In this document: in pieces, positions 48,436 to 57,340 of the stretch | Position numbering within the stretch: position 1 is the first letter of the stretch | Layout of the letters: every line of letters starts with the position of its first letter | Notes under the pieces: model-generated | The model's input: the letters and a program-made list of their open reading frames with translations, nothing else | The model's database searches: none | Told to the model about the DNA's origin: nothing | From: a virus | Lineage: Duplodnaviria; Caudoviricetes | Length of the DNA: 64,000 bases | Strand: one strand, 5' to 3' | IMG/VR virus record: IMGVR_UViG_3300037418_002116 | Position numbers and translations under genes: made by a program

Positions 48436-49287
48436 TTAAAATTCCTCTAAGTTTTCTACTAGATTCCGAAGTCCTTTATCCATGAAATACTTCATTAGCT
48501 TCATGCCACGACCACCGGTTATTGTACTATTATCTATATAGCATCGATGAACTTCTTCGATAATGTCTTCTGGAATCTTGAAAAGAGAAATCAAACTCTC
48601 ATTTCGATTGTAATTCTGCATCACTTCGGCGTTGAATACGTTCTCGGGCACTGATGCAATCCATTCATTCACCTTGGCATCGGTAAGGCGCTTTTGACGC
48701 TTATCCGGATTGACGAATGTATCGTCATCCGACAGCACGTTTGGAATGCCGTCGCCAAGATCGCCACGAATGATGTGTTCGATCAAGAATGAGCCGGGAT
48801 TGTCACACTTCATGAGCGACGACAAGCGAGGCGAATACATGGCGATACCGGGAATGCGCTGTAGCTGCAAAAAGTCCTTATCATTGGAAATGATGATATG
48901 CGGGCCGGGCTCACGTGTGCAGATGGCACCAATGATATCGTCGGCTTCCGCCCGGTCGACTCGGATCACCTTGTAAGGAAAGAATTCCTTGATTTCGTTG
49001 TGGATGGTATCGATGATTTCGAAGAGCCGATTCCAGTCAATGGTTGACTGCTTGCGAGCCGCTTTTCGAGATGCTTTGTAATGTGGGAAAATCTGCTTGC
49101 GCCAATAATTCTTGGCATCGATGCAGATTACCACTTCTCCATATTGTTTGTGGAACTTCCTCCGAACAGAACGAATGACGTTCAGGACAATGTGTCGTGT
49201 TGCATTCTCGTCTAGTTCAATGTGTTGTTGCATAGAAATCATGACGGAGCTTACAGCAACCGCCGAAAAATCAACTAAAATACTCAA
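48436..49287 (-). CDS. rnh: RNase H / 5'-3' exonuclease (T4 rnh family)
   Basis: ILVDFS; IDAKNYWRKQIFPHYKASRK; EADDIIG; IISNDKDFLQL; RGDLGDGIPNVLSDD. Confidence 0.95.
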   Translation of the reverse strand: MSILVDFSAVAVSSVMISMQQHIELDENATRHIVLNVIRSVRRKFHKQYGEVVICIDAKNYWRKQIFPHYKASRKAARKQSTIDWNRLFEIIDTIHNEIKEFFPYKVIRVDRAEADDIIGAICTREPGPHIIISNDKDFLQLQRIPGIAMYSPRLSSLMKCDNPGSFLIEHIIRGDLGDGIPNVLSDDDTFVNPDKRQKRLTDAKVNEWIASVPENVFNAEVMQNYNRNESLISLFKIPEDIIEEVHRCYIDNSTITGGRGMKLMKYFMDKGLRNLVENLEEF

Positions 49288-49598
49288 TCTATATCTTCTT
49301 TATTCTCTTCTTTCAAAAGCATCTCTACAAGCTCTTCATGACCATCAATGGTATCTTGGCAATGATAATACTTACCAACATTGCGCATAAGTGCAGAGTA
49401 CAAATAATCTGTCACGTAATCGAAATCTTTCAAGAAACGTTCGTTGAGTTCGAAACCGTGGCCTTCAATCTGATTTAGTAATTGTTCTGAATAGTGTTCT
49501 GAAATTTCTGAAATATCTTCTTCGGTAAAGTCTGTAATGTCATCCTTTTTGGTGAGTGATGACTTCTTTAGGACAGGGAAAACTCGAAGGTTCTTCAT
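49284..49598 (-). CDS. hypothetical protein
   Basis: 104 aa, acidic. Confidence 0.6.
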   Translation of the reverse strand: MKNLRVFPVLKKSSLTKKDDITDFTEEDISEISEHYSEQLLNQIEGHGFELNERFLKDFDYVTDYLYSALMRNVGKYYHCQDTIDGHEELVEMLLKEENKEDID

Positions 49599-49626
49599 TT
49601 TTACTCTCTTTTCTGAATTATTTAGA

Positions 49627-50715
49627 TCAAAAAACAGAGAGTAGGATATCGTTCTTGTTTATTCTTCCATTTTGGGCCACGGCTTCGGTTGTGGTGAGGC
49701 TGTTCCAAAGCTTGTTCAGTTCCCGCTTTCCGGCCTTCGCCGCTACCGGTACGGTTTCGTGTGGCTTGCGAATGGTCTTCTGTTTGGATGTCTTCAAATC
49801 GACATTGACGAGTGTCGAACCCTTGATCGCCAACTTCTGTCCAGATGAAGCCTTGTAGATCGCCAGCTTGCGTGTCTTGGTGTTGAAGGTGACCAGTTCG
49901 GTTGCGCCGATAATCTTGGTAGGTGAGATGGAAGCGATGTTCAGTGTCTTTTCTTCGGCTTGATACTTCAAACCCTTGATTAAATTTTCGACTGAAACCT
50001 TGCGCTTCTTTCGGGGTGCACGGACACGCTTGCGGTTCTCGACAATGGACTCGGCCCCTTCTGTGAAGGATCGAACCAAGGCGATGTAGGCTTCCCGTTG
50101 CGCCTTGGTCATCTTGAAACCTTCTTTCAGTTCCTTGACCTTTGGAATGGCCTCTAATTCGGCCAAGAGAGGCTTATAGTAAGCTCCAATGTGTGTGATG
50201 GCAGAAAGGGGCAGGGACTCGGCCTTGACCCAATTTTGGAACACGAAATCGGTTTTATAATCATTCCAAATGAAATGATCGATTTCGTCTTCAAGCTCTG
50301 CGATGTACCAGAATTCGAAAACAGGCTTGGATGGTTCTTTTGGCTTTTCGACCGGAGCCGGGATGGTGGACAGAAGGAATTTGATGTTTCGATTATAGAA
50401 ATCGATGGTTTGGTCTGTGAGAATGCAGTTGCGGGAGCGCATACGGGCGACCCAACCAAGCGTAGTCGTGACCTTCATGTCATCGACTTTCTTGATCTTT
50501 TTCAGCGTATCCTTATCATTCTTTTCGAGATATTCATGAAGGAATTCAATAGCTTCCTTGCGCCCGAAAACATAGTTGTAGAAGTTTAGAGCATCACCTA
50601 ATGCACTGTTAGAAGTTAGATTGGAACCGGGGGACGGTTCTGTTCCAACATACTGCTTACTAAGTATTTGTGCCGCTGCACGACCGATATGTGGTGTATT
50701 TCCTTTACGAGACAT
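49627..50715 (-). CDS. conserved basic hypothetical protein
   Basis: 362 aa; KIIGATELVTFNTKTRKL..Y...KG.TL...S.QKTIRKP. Confidence 0.75.
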   Translation of the reverse strand: MSRKGNTPHIGRAAAQILSKQYVGTEPSPGSNLTSNSALGDALNFYNYVFGRKEAIEFLHEYLEKNDKDTLKKIKKVDDMKVTTTLGWVARMRSRNCILTDQTIDFYNRNIKFLLSTIPAPVEKPKEPSKPVFEFWYIAELEDEIDHFIWNDYKTDFVFQNWVKAESLPLSAITHIGAYYKPLLAELEAIPKVKELKEGFKMTKAQREAYIALVRSFTEGAESIVENRKRVRAPRKKRKVSVENLIKGLKYQAEEKTLNIASISPTKIIGATELVTFNTKTRKLAIYKASSGQKLAIKGSTLVNVDLKTSKQKTIRKPHETVPVAAKAGKRELNKLWNSLTTTEAVAQNGRINKNDILLSVF

Positions 50716-51244
50716 TCTTTACTAGTTCTGTTATTGTATTAAAAGCGGCCTTGACGCCACTATTCAACTTATCATAAGTTTCTCTATCTATAATTTTGAA
50801 ACCGTTGGGGTAATATGCACCATCTTGCTGTAAAAAGCACAGCGGATTGTCTCTATTCCAGACAATATGAATGTATTCGCCATAATTCTTTTCTGGAACC
50901 AATACGCCTGTTGCGCCGGGTTTGGCATTCATTCCTTCACCGATGTTAACAACATAGATTTTTTCTTCTGCGATGGTAAGTCCTTCAAGATGTTTCTTCA
51001 CGATGCGTTCGATTGCCCAATCTTGATCTTTGTAGAAATAACCGTGACCAGCTATCTTGTCGGTGAAGTGCTTAATTACTGCATCGGTAAGCTTGCGTGA
51101 AGCTTCATCGATATTTTCAATTACCAATTTCGAGGTCATATATAAAAATTTTACCCTTGTAGATATGTTCGTATTTCTGAAAAATTTTAAGAACGTCTGC
51201 CTTGTCCAGACCACCATTGCCGCAGCCGGGCCACGGGAATGCAA
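50705..51244 (-). CDS. hypothetical protein (start probably MTSKLV near 51139)
   Basis: ORF track. Confidence 0.55.
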   Translation of the reverse strand: MHSRGPAAAMVVWTRQTFLKFFRNTNISTRVKFLYMTSKLVIENIDEASRKLTDAVIKHFTDKIAGHGYFYKDQDWAIERIVKKHLEGLTIAEEKIYVVNIGEGMNAKPGATGVLVPEKNYGEYIHIVWNRDNPLCFLQQDGAYYPNGFKIIDRETYDKLNSGVKAAFNTITELVKNVS

Positions 51245-51590
51245 CGGTCTTGATTTGGAGTTTGTTCATTTGCTCAAATGCGAGCGGTAGATTACGCTCG
51301 ATATATTCGAGCTTTGACGGATTGCGCCAATCGATCTTTGTAGCGAAAAACATGATGTATTTCGGACCCATCAGCTTCTTTTTGAGCGTGATGAATTTTG
51401 GCTTCAACAGCCTTGGTCCAGCATACAGGAGTCGTCTTGAAAAAATATTGTAGGCTTCGCATTCTTTCGGAAATTTTTCCTTGAAGCGAAGCGCTACACC
51501 TTTACCCATTACACCAACAGAGTTGGTTGTATTAACGATGCATTCGGCATCAGCACACAGAACGTCGCCAATCTTGATTTCTATTGTCAT
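51117..51590 (-). CDS. macrodomain ADP-ribosyl glycohydrolase, DarG-like
   Basis: IVNTTNSVGVMGKGVALRFKEKFP...FATK.DWRNPSKLEYI...VAFPWPGCGNGGL. Confidence 0.88.
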   Translation of the reverse strand: MTIEIKIGDVLCADAECIVNTTNSVGVMGKGVALRFKEKFPKECEAYNIFSRRLLYAGPRLLKPKFITLKKKLMGPKYIMFFATKIDWRNPSKLEYIERNLPLAFEQMNKLQIKTVAFPWPGCGNGGLDKADVLKIFQKYEHIYKGKIFIYDLEIGN

Positions 51591-51598
51591 GCATTTAT

Positions 51599-52109
51599 TT
51601 ATTCACTCTTTTTGCGATGGACAAACAGATACCATGAAGTGTCGGAATGATGCGTCGTTCGCTCCATGAATTCGTCAATTTCTGCTTCATCATTATAGGT
51701 TCTGATGATAGTCTGATAGAATTCACCATCTTCATCATCAAAATATGATGTTATTGATCTACCCAGAAATGGAGTCCTGATTTTAGCAACGCCGCCCAAC
51801 TATTCTTCCTCTTTGGAGGGATTTGCCTTTATTTATTCTTTAAGGCTCTGGCGGCTCTTTTCTTACTGCCGATTTTGCGACGACCTTTGCGTGGTCGATT
51901 CTTGTGAGCATGTGGCATTAAACTTCCTTCTCGATTACAGTTGTGCTAATCACATGCCAACCTTGGATGCATTCAGCTTCATATTCTTCTTTCAACCATG
52001 GGTCTGCCATGATTTGTTCAATGATATCGGACTTTTCCGGCTCATAGGCAAATGCCATTGACCAGTCATCACCCGATTCTGTACTTCCATTAACCATCCA
52101 AATTTGCAT
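51599..52109 (-). other. small hypothetical ORFs (51599-51799, 51918-52109)
   Basis: Co-oriented. Confidence 0.55.
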
Positions 52110-52112
52110 ATA

Positions 52113-52373
52113 TTATTCCTGTGGTATGTTTATGCATTCTGTGCCGACTACCGGACCATTTTCCACATAATCCGAGGATGGAGCCTTGGCCATCTTGGCG
52201 AACGCTTGACAATCGTCAACGGTAGCAAACGGTTCAGAGACAACGTGAACGTCTATCTTGGCCGGTACATCGATCAAATTGGTGTTGTCGTTGTTCGTAT
52301 CCACATGCGCTGGCATGAGGATAGCGACTATGAGATAGAATTTTGCAACAGCGATCATCGATCTTCCTTCCAA
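52113..52373 (-). CDS. small two-Cys protein
   Basis: FYLIVAIL...PFATVDDCQAFA...GTECI. Confidence 0.7.
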   Translation of the reverse strand: MEGRSMIAVAKFYLIVAILMPAHVDTNNDNTNLIDVPAKIDVHVVSEPFATVDDCQAFAKMAKAPSSDYVENGPVVGTECINIPQE

Positions 52374-52537
52374 TAGCAGCCGCCATTTAGTTCACTTAGC
52401 TGATGGCCGTCGTGTAAGGCCAAATCCGCCATATGATGGAAGGCAGCTTCACAGGCTTCCATATCTTTGAATGGCTGGATTTCCGAATAGGACAGTTGCC
52501 CGCCCCAAAATGTAACGAAAATTAAAACGAGATGCAT
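52355..52537 (-). CDS. small two-Cys protein
   Basis: MHLVLIFV...PFKDMEACEAA...GGCYW. Confidence 0.7.
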   Translation of the reverse strand: MHLVLIFVTFWGGQLSYSEIQPFKDMEACEAAFHHMADLALHDGHQLSELNGGCYWKEDR

Positions 52538-52697
52538 TTATATTCCAAATTTCTTTGCGAAGACTCGAAGGCGAACAATGATCGGTGGAGGCGGAACGCC
52601 CGGTGACCAAGCGTTATAGTATGAGCAAAAACAGCCATGCTCTCTCATGCCGATGCAATCTTCGCAGTCATATGATGGATAGAGAAAGTTCCGGACG

Positions 52698-53000
52698 CTA
52701 AACTTGACGGCTATTCCAAACCCTAAGTGCTTCGTCCTTTGAAAGGTATTCCAGATTTCCAATTTGGCAACTATCACATTCTATTCGCCAGCCGCAGGCT
52801 TGATTGTCTCGCATCCATGGCTTTGCACCACAAAACGGACACGGCTTTGGAGTTTCAGGTTCAAATTTTGTATATGAATTTCTAAAATCGTATTCGAGCA
52901 ATCTCGCAACAGCTAATGCTTGCGGCGTCATAGATCGCTCTAATTCTTCTAAGCGTTTACGAGCTTGTTCTTTATAGCCCTTGGAAAATTCGACCGTCAC
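52698..53000 (-). CDS. Lar-family restriction-alleviation Zn-ribbon protein
   Basis: KPCPFCG...RIEC.SC...SKDEALRVWNSR. Confidence 0.75.
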   Translation of the reverse strand: MTVEFSKGYKEQARKRLEELERSMTPQALAVARLLEYDFRNSYTKFEPETPKPCPFCGAKPWMRDNQACGWRIECDSCQIGNLEYLSKDEALRVWNSRQV

Positions 53001-53182
53001 GAACGTTTATTCCAACCCTGTGCCGCATACACATCAGCGGCATAATCAACGCATTTCTTTTCGGGATTGGTCTGGCGTACAGTTCCGATAAAACCCAAAT
53101 CTTTGCCGCAATTGACACAGATACAATGACAGGCCAGATTTTCTTTATATTCCAGATGCTTACAAAAAAATTTCTTGAACAA
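52997..53182 (-). CDS. small Cys/His protein
   Basis: KKFFCKH...CICVNCGK. Confidence 0.6.
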   Translation of the reverse strand: MFKKFFCKHLEYKENLACHCICVNCGKDLGFIGTVRQTNPEKKCVDYAADVYAAQGWNKRS

Positions 53183-53445
53183 CTATGATCCTGCTTTTCG
53201 GCACATGCGATAGACAGACCAGTATGGAGGCTTGCGCCCGAATATGCGCTTGTATTCAGAGTTTGGAAGGTATTCCCAAGACAAGTCTCGCTTGTTCTTG
53301 AAGCGCCATTTTGGATAACCGAAGAACACCACAAGCCACCACGGCGTGACATACAGAGGCAAGGGGCTTGGATATGATGATTTTTCAGTCTTGGAATGCC
53401 AGACTTCTACTTGGTCAAACACTTGGTGCGCCTTATTGGAGATTT

Positions 53446-53530
53446 TGGAGGCGTCAGTGGGATTTGAACCCACACTCCGTAGAGACTTCCGCTTTGCAGG
53501 CGGATACGTTAGCCATTCCGTCACAACGCC
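53446..53530 (-). tRNA. tRNA-Cys(GCA) with a 14-nt variable arm
   Basis: GGCGTTG/TGACGCC-U73-CCA; TCCGC-CTGCAAA-GCGGA; variable AGTCTCTACGGAGT; GTGGG-TTCAAAT-CCCAC. Confidence 0.9.
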
Positions 53531-53536
53531 ACTTGT

Positions 53537-53845
53537 CTATTTATCTTCCACAAATTTCAATTCGTCAAGAGTTTTGAACGAAATATAGCTGGCGTTATGG
53601 TCATTCACATAACCAGCGCCATCAACTCTGTAGATTTGAATGTGAATCGTAACTCTATCGTTATCATCCACATCGATATCATCCGTGATAATGGCACGGC
53701 GTTTGTGGTCACGATACCAGATTTCGATATGCTTACCAGCAAGGTAGGTTACTAACCATTCCTTGTAAGTTTTCCGAGCATACCAGAACGAATTTCGAAG
53801 TTCAAAGAATCTTTCGTTTACAGTCGGTCCAAAGTGTGTCGCCAT
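53537..53845 (-). CDS. hypothetical protein
   Basis: 102 aa overlapping the glycosyltransferase stop. Confidence 0.6.
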   Translation of the reverse strand: MATHFGPTVNERFFELRNSFWYARKTYKEWLVTYLAGKHIEIWYRDHKRRAIITDDIDVDDNDRVTIHIQIYRVDGAGYVNDHNASYISFKTLDELKFVEDK

Positions 53846-54786
53846 TGTTTTAGGCGTCCTTCAATGTTATATTCAGAATTAGCATACCTTTTTTGCAAAG
53901 TCAAGTTATTTTGCACCATAGGTTGATGATAGTTATCTATCACTTGCAAAAGGTAATTTGCGAATGTCGTCATATGTTGTGTTGGGTCTTCATTCCATCG
54001 ATAGGTGAAGCCGTATGACGACAGAGTTTCCGGCAGAGCGCCATAATCCGGAGCGATAACCGCACACCCCGCCGCCATAGCCTCTATAGCGGCAATACAG
54101 CTTGTTTCAGGCCATATGCACGGGTAGGCGAAGATATCTGCCATCGTCAACGCAACCCTCACAGCGTCGTTAGAAACGGCCCCATGACTGGTTATCTGTG
54201 GATGGTCGTTGGCGATGTCGAACAGCGCCTTGTATGGTTGGTCACGATGTCCCCAACCATAAATTTCAAATGATGAAAATATGTCCAGATGAACGTTCGG
54301 ACGGAGCTTGGCGATTTCGAGGAACACCGGAATCAGAAGCTCTAGGCCACGATGTGGAGTCGTGTGGTAGATCAGCCGGATTTTGTCGTCTTTGCGCTTT
54401 GGTGTGTCGTCAAACGGAACAATCGCATTGCGGATGACAGAGCTTCCTTTGAAGGGAACCCCGAGCGCCAGATTGTAAGTGTTGAACTGATAGTTCGACA
54501 CGAACACCAATTGATCGAAACGAGAGCGGCTTAGCTCATTCCGCAGATGAGCGGATTCCGGATCATCCCATGTGTCGTTCAGGATGAGAATTTTCTTTTT
54601 TCCCGGCACCAGTGTGCGAACCCGAGAGGAAATAAACTGAAATTTTTCAGTGTATTCCGGGCCGAGTCCTTCGGTGATTCGTTTGTACATAAGTTCAGAC
54701 CCACCACGGGAATTTTTTGACAATCCCGTGAGTGGGTCTATGTGATCGTCCGCAAGTGATTGCGGCTTACTGATTTGATATTCCAA
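53818..54786 (-). CDS. GT-B glycosyltransferase (GT4-like)
   Basis: RGGSELM; YHTTPHRGLELL; FAYPCIWPETSCIAAIEAMAAGC...GALPET. Confidence 0.88.
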   Translation of the reverse strand: MEYQISKPQSLADDHIDPLTGLSKNSRGGSELMYKRITEGLGPEYTEKFQFISSRVRTLVPGKKKILILNDTWDDPESAHLRNELSRSRFDQLVFVSNYQFNTYNLALGVPFKGSSVIRNAIVPFDDTPKRKDDKIRLIYHTTPHRGLELLIPVFLEIAKLRPNVHLDIFSSFEIYGWGHRDQPYKALFDIANDHPQITSHGAVSNDAVRVALTMADIFAYPCIWPETSCIAAIEAMAAGCAVIAPDYGALPETLSSYGFTYRWNEDPTQHMTTFANYLLQVIDNYHQPMVQNNLTLQKRYANSEYNIEGRLKQWRHTLDRL

Positions 54787-54800
54787 GCTCTAACTTTCTG

Positions 54801-56237
54801 TCAGAGTTTTGCATTTTCTCTGACTTGATCGAGATTCCATAATTGTAGAATCTTACCATTTTCAAAAACTTTTGTCAAGGAATTTCGCATACCTTTGATA
54901 CCAACATCCCGTTCATCAATTGTGATGTACTTTCCGTCGATTGTATCTTTTGTGACCGCCAAGCGACCGGCCTTGGATGCCTTGCCCATGTCGCTCTTGG
55001 GTTTCTTGTACACGTCAACCCAACCGCTGCCCATATCCATGGCATTGCACTTCATGGCGTATTTGAGCGAGTCACGATTGACTTGCTGTAGCAGAGCGCC
55101 GCCCATGCCGAACACGATGTTGTCAGCAGACCAGCCATGATCCCGGTAATTTTCCAAGATCGCATGGATTGTGGCCTTGCCGACGCCATCACCTTGAAGG
55201 ATGCGCACGGACGGATGCAGGACATGGAAGCCCTTCGAATTTTCGGTATAACCGAATTTCTGCCCGAGCAATTCGATCACGTTCAAGGTGACTTCGACTG
55301 GATCACCGGAGTCGGGCCGAACCACAAGCAATGCGCCCGAGTCAAGCACTTCCTGTTTGAGCTTGTCGCCCCAAATGTTCGACACAGCATTGTAGATGTC
55401 ATAGGAATCCGACACGACAGACACGATTGCGCCCGGTTTGCCGAACTGTTTCAGCATATTCCGGTAAGCGTCTTCCTCATGCTCTTCGCCCCATGACGTG
55501 ATGGTGGAGTGTTCAGCCGCCGACACGGAAAAGCCCGCCATGTCACAGTTGTACTCCCAATAGGCACCGACAATCGCCGGAACGGTATCTGTGCCCATGA
55601 AATTGACAAGATGCGCCATCCCGCCAATCTTGGCCGACTCGAAGGATGATGCGCCACGGCAACCGAAATCATGGAGCTTGAACGGAATTTGTTCGGCTGG
55701 ATTGTCAGAAGTTTCCAGCAAAAATTTCCAGATATCTTTTTTAATTTCCCGTGACAGGGTAGCGACGGTCGATGGATACCAGACGGCCCGCAACAGCGCC
55801 GTTTCGACATAGCTGGTAAGCCAGAAGAAATCCGGATGAGTGTTGCGGATTTGAACTTGCGGCGTATGCAGCGGAACTACTGTCCCTTCCGGCAAGGCTT
55901 CGATGGAGAGTGGCATATAGCCTAGCTTTGCCAGTGCAAGCCATCCTTCCTTGTTGAAGGGGACGCCATGCTTCGCAGCAAGCTTCGCCGCCCATTCGAT
56001 TTGGTATTCATTTGGCACATACAAAAGCTCTTGCAAGAACGGCTGTAGGCCAAAGTGAACCACTTCCGGTTCCTTGCCAATCAAGCCCTTTTGATCGCTG
56101 AATGGAAATGCCGTACCACGAGTTTCAATGTAGGACGATACATATTTCGTGCCCGGTGGATATTGCAGCCAATGGCTGAATTTGTATGAATCACCCGACA
56201 GGATGATATTTTCGAATATAGATTCTCTAGCTGACAT
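54801..56237 (-). CDS. nadV: nicotinamide phosphoribosyltransferase (NAMPT)
   Basis: DSYKFSH..QYP; FGLQ; LHDFG.RG; HLVNF.GTDT; AAEHS; VVSDSYD; VRPDSGDP; ILQGDG; FGMGGALLQ..NRD. Confidence 0.96.
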   Translation of the reverse strand: MSARESIFENIILSGDSYKFSHWLQYPPGTKYVSSYIETRGTAFPFSDQKGLIGKEPEVVHFGLQPFLQELLYVPNEYQIEWAAKLAAKHGVPFNKEGWLALAKLGYMPLSIEALPEGTVVPLHTPQVQIRNTHPDFFWLTSYVETALLRAVWYPSTVATLSREIKKDIWKFLLETSDNPAEQIPFKLHDFGCRGASSFESAKIGGMAHLVNFMGTDTVPAIVGAYWEYNCDMAGFSVSAAEHSTITSWGEEHEEDAYRNMLKQFGKPGAIVSVVSDSYDIYNAVSNIWGDKLKQEVLDSGALLVVRPDSGDPVEVTLNVIELLGQKFGYTENSKGFHVLHPSVRILQGDGVGKATIHAILENYRDHGWSADNIVFGMGGALLQQVNRDSLKYAMKCNAMDMGSGWVDVYKKPKSDMGKASKAGRLAVTKDTIDGKYITIDERDVGIKGMRNSLTKVFENGKILQLWNLDQVRENAKL

Positions 56238-56243
56238 TTTGTT

Positions 56244-56276
56244 CTCCTAATTGGGAGGGATTTTTGGGTCTATCCC
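56244..56276 (-). promoter_or_regulatory. leader motif shared with nadM (GGATAGACC loop plus CTCC-N6-GGAG SD hairpin)
   Basis: GGGATAGACCC-AAAAATCC-CTCCCAATTAGGAG-AACAAA-ATG. Confidence 0.65.
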
Positions 56277-56281
56277 GGTTT

Positions 56282-57337
56282 CTATTCTGTTACTTCATAG
56301 TGTTTCATGACATAGCCCTTTGTAGCGTCACCTTTTTGATATGACTTTACTCGGGCTCTCTTGGCTTCGCACTTTGTGCATTGCCAACGTTCAGGCTTAT
56401 ATTCTTCAAACGTGTGATCGCATGTTTGGCTTCCGCCGATTGTTCGATAGAATGGCTTGCACCAGTGACGCCTTGGTGAAGCTCTTTCATGTGCCGTCTC
56501 GATATACTTCCGAATGGTTTTGACTTCATTCAGATGAATGGTAACGACGGTGTGTGCCATGTAAGCAACTTGCTTGCCTTTTATGAAACCACGCTTCGGT
56601 GCCACATCTCGCAATTCGATCACTTTTTGCGACTGATACAGGAAAAGGATCATGGTGATGAGATTGCGAAGATCACCAGCACCATCCGGCAAAATTTCCC
56701 TAAGCTTGTTTTCTGGCAATTCGGAAATGTTGAGAAAGTGATATTTCTCAACAATTTCATTCCGCATTTCCATGGGAATATCGTTGTCGGAAGAGCCGAG
56801 CATATGAGCGGCTTTCATGCGCCTTGACATGACCACTTCATCCGGGCGACCTTCCGAAGGACCAATCACAATGGCGTAAAGCAGCACCGCTGGCGCTCTG
56901 CCGTCCATACCTTTCGATATGGCGAAAATCATGTTGCCAACGACAAGATATCCGACTCGCCAGTCACGCTTTTCATCGTTGCCGGTCTTTGGACGCCCAA
57001 AAGCTTGCAAGAACAAATCAACATCGAATTCGTAATACGACACGTCGAAGTGTGGTATCGCAAATTGTTCGTTCTTGAACAGAAGTTCCGGAGCCTCTTT
57101 GATGAAATCGGCCATGATTTCAGAAGACTTTTCATCAAAAATAAACTGCTTTGCCTTTGGAAGAGCATACTTGATCGCATTGACCCATTTGTTTTGAACG
57201 CCTCTCATGGTATCTTTTGGTGAAAAGCGTCTCATTTCATCAAGCAAAGAACCTTCGTTCTTGGAACGACCAAGTTCACGCAAAACGTCGTCAATATTCC
57301 GAGGCGGTTTATTGAGAATGGATGCCGGATTTGCCAT
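56282..57337 (-). CDS. 351-aa hypothetical protein inserted in the NAD operon
   Basis: C-terminal SPRRHWC...C.H...WQC.KC...YQKGD..KG.V.K.Y.V. Confidence 0.8.
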   Translation of the reverse strand: MANPASILNKPPRNIDDVLRELGRSKNEGSLLDEMRRFSPKDTMRGVQNKWVNAIKYALPKAKQFIFDEKSSEIMADFIKEAPELLFKNEQFAIPHFDVSYYEFDVDLFLQAFGRPKTGNDEKRDWRVGYLVVGNMIFAISKGMDGRAPAVLLYAIVIGPSEGRPDEVVMSRRMKAAHMLGSSDNDIPMEMRNEIVEKYHFLNISELPENKLREILPDGAGDLRNLITMILFLYQSQKVIELRDVAPKRGFIKGKQVAYMAHTVVTIHLNEVKTIRKYIETAHERASPRRHWCKPFYRTIGGSQTCDHTFEEYKPERWQCTKCEAKRARVKSYQKGDATKGYVMKHYEVTE

Positions 57338-57340
57338 AGC

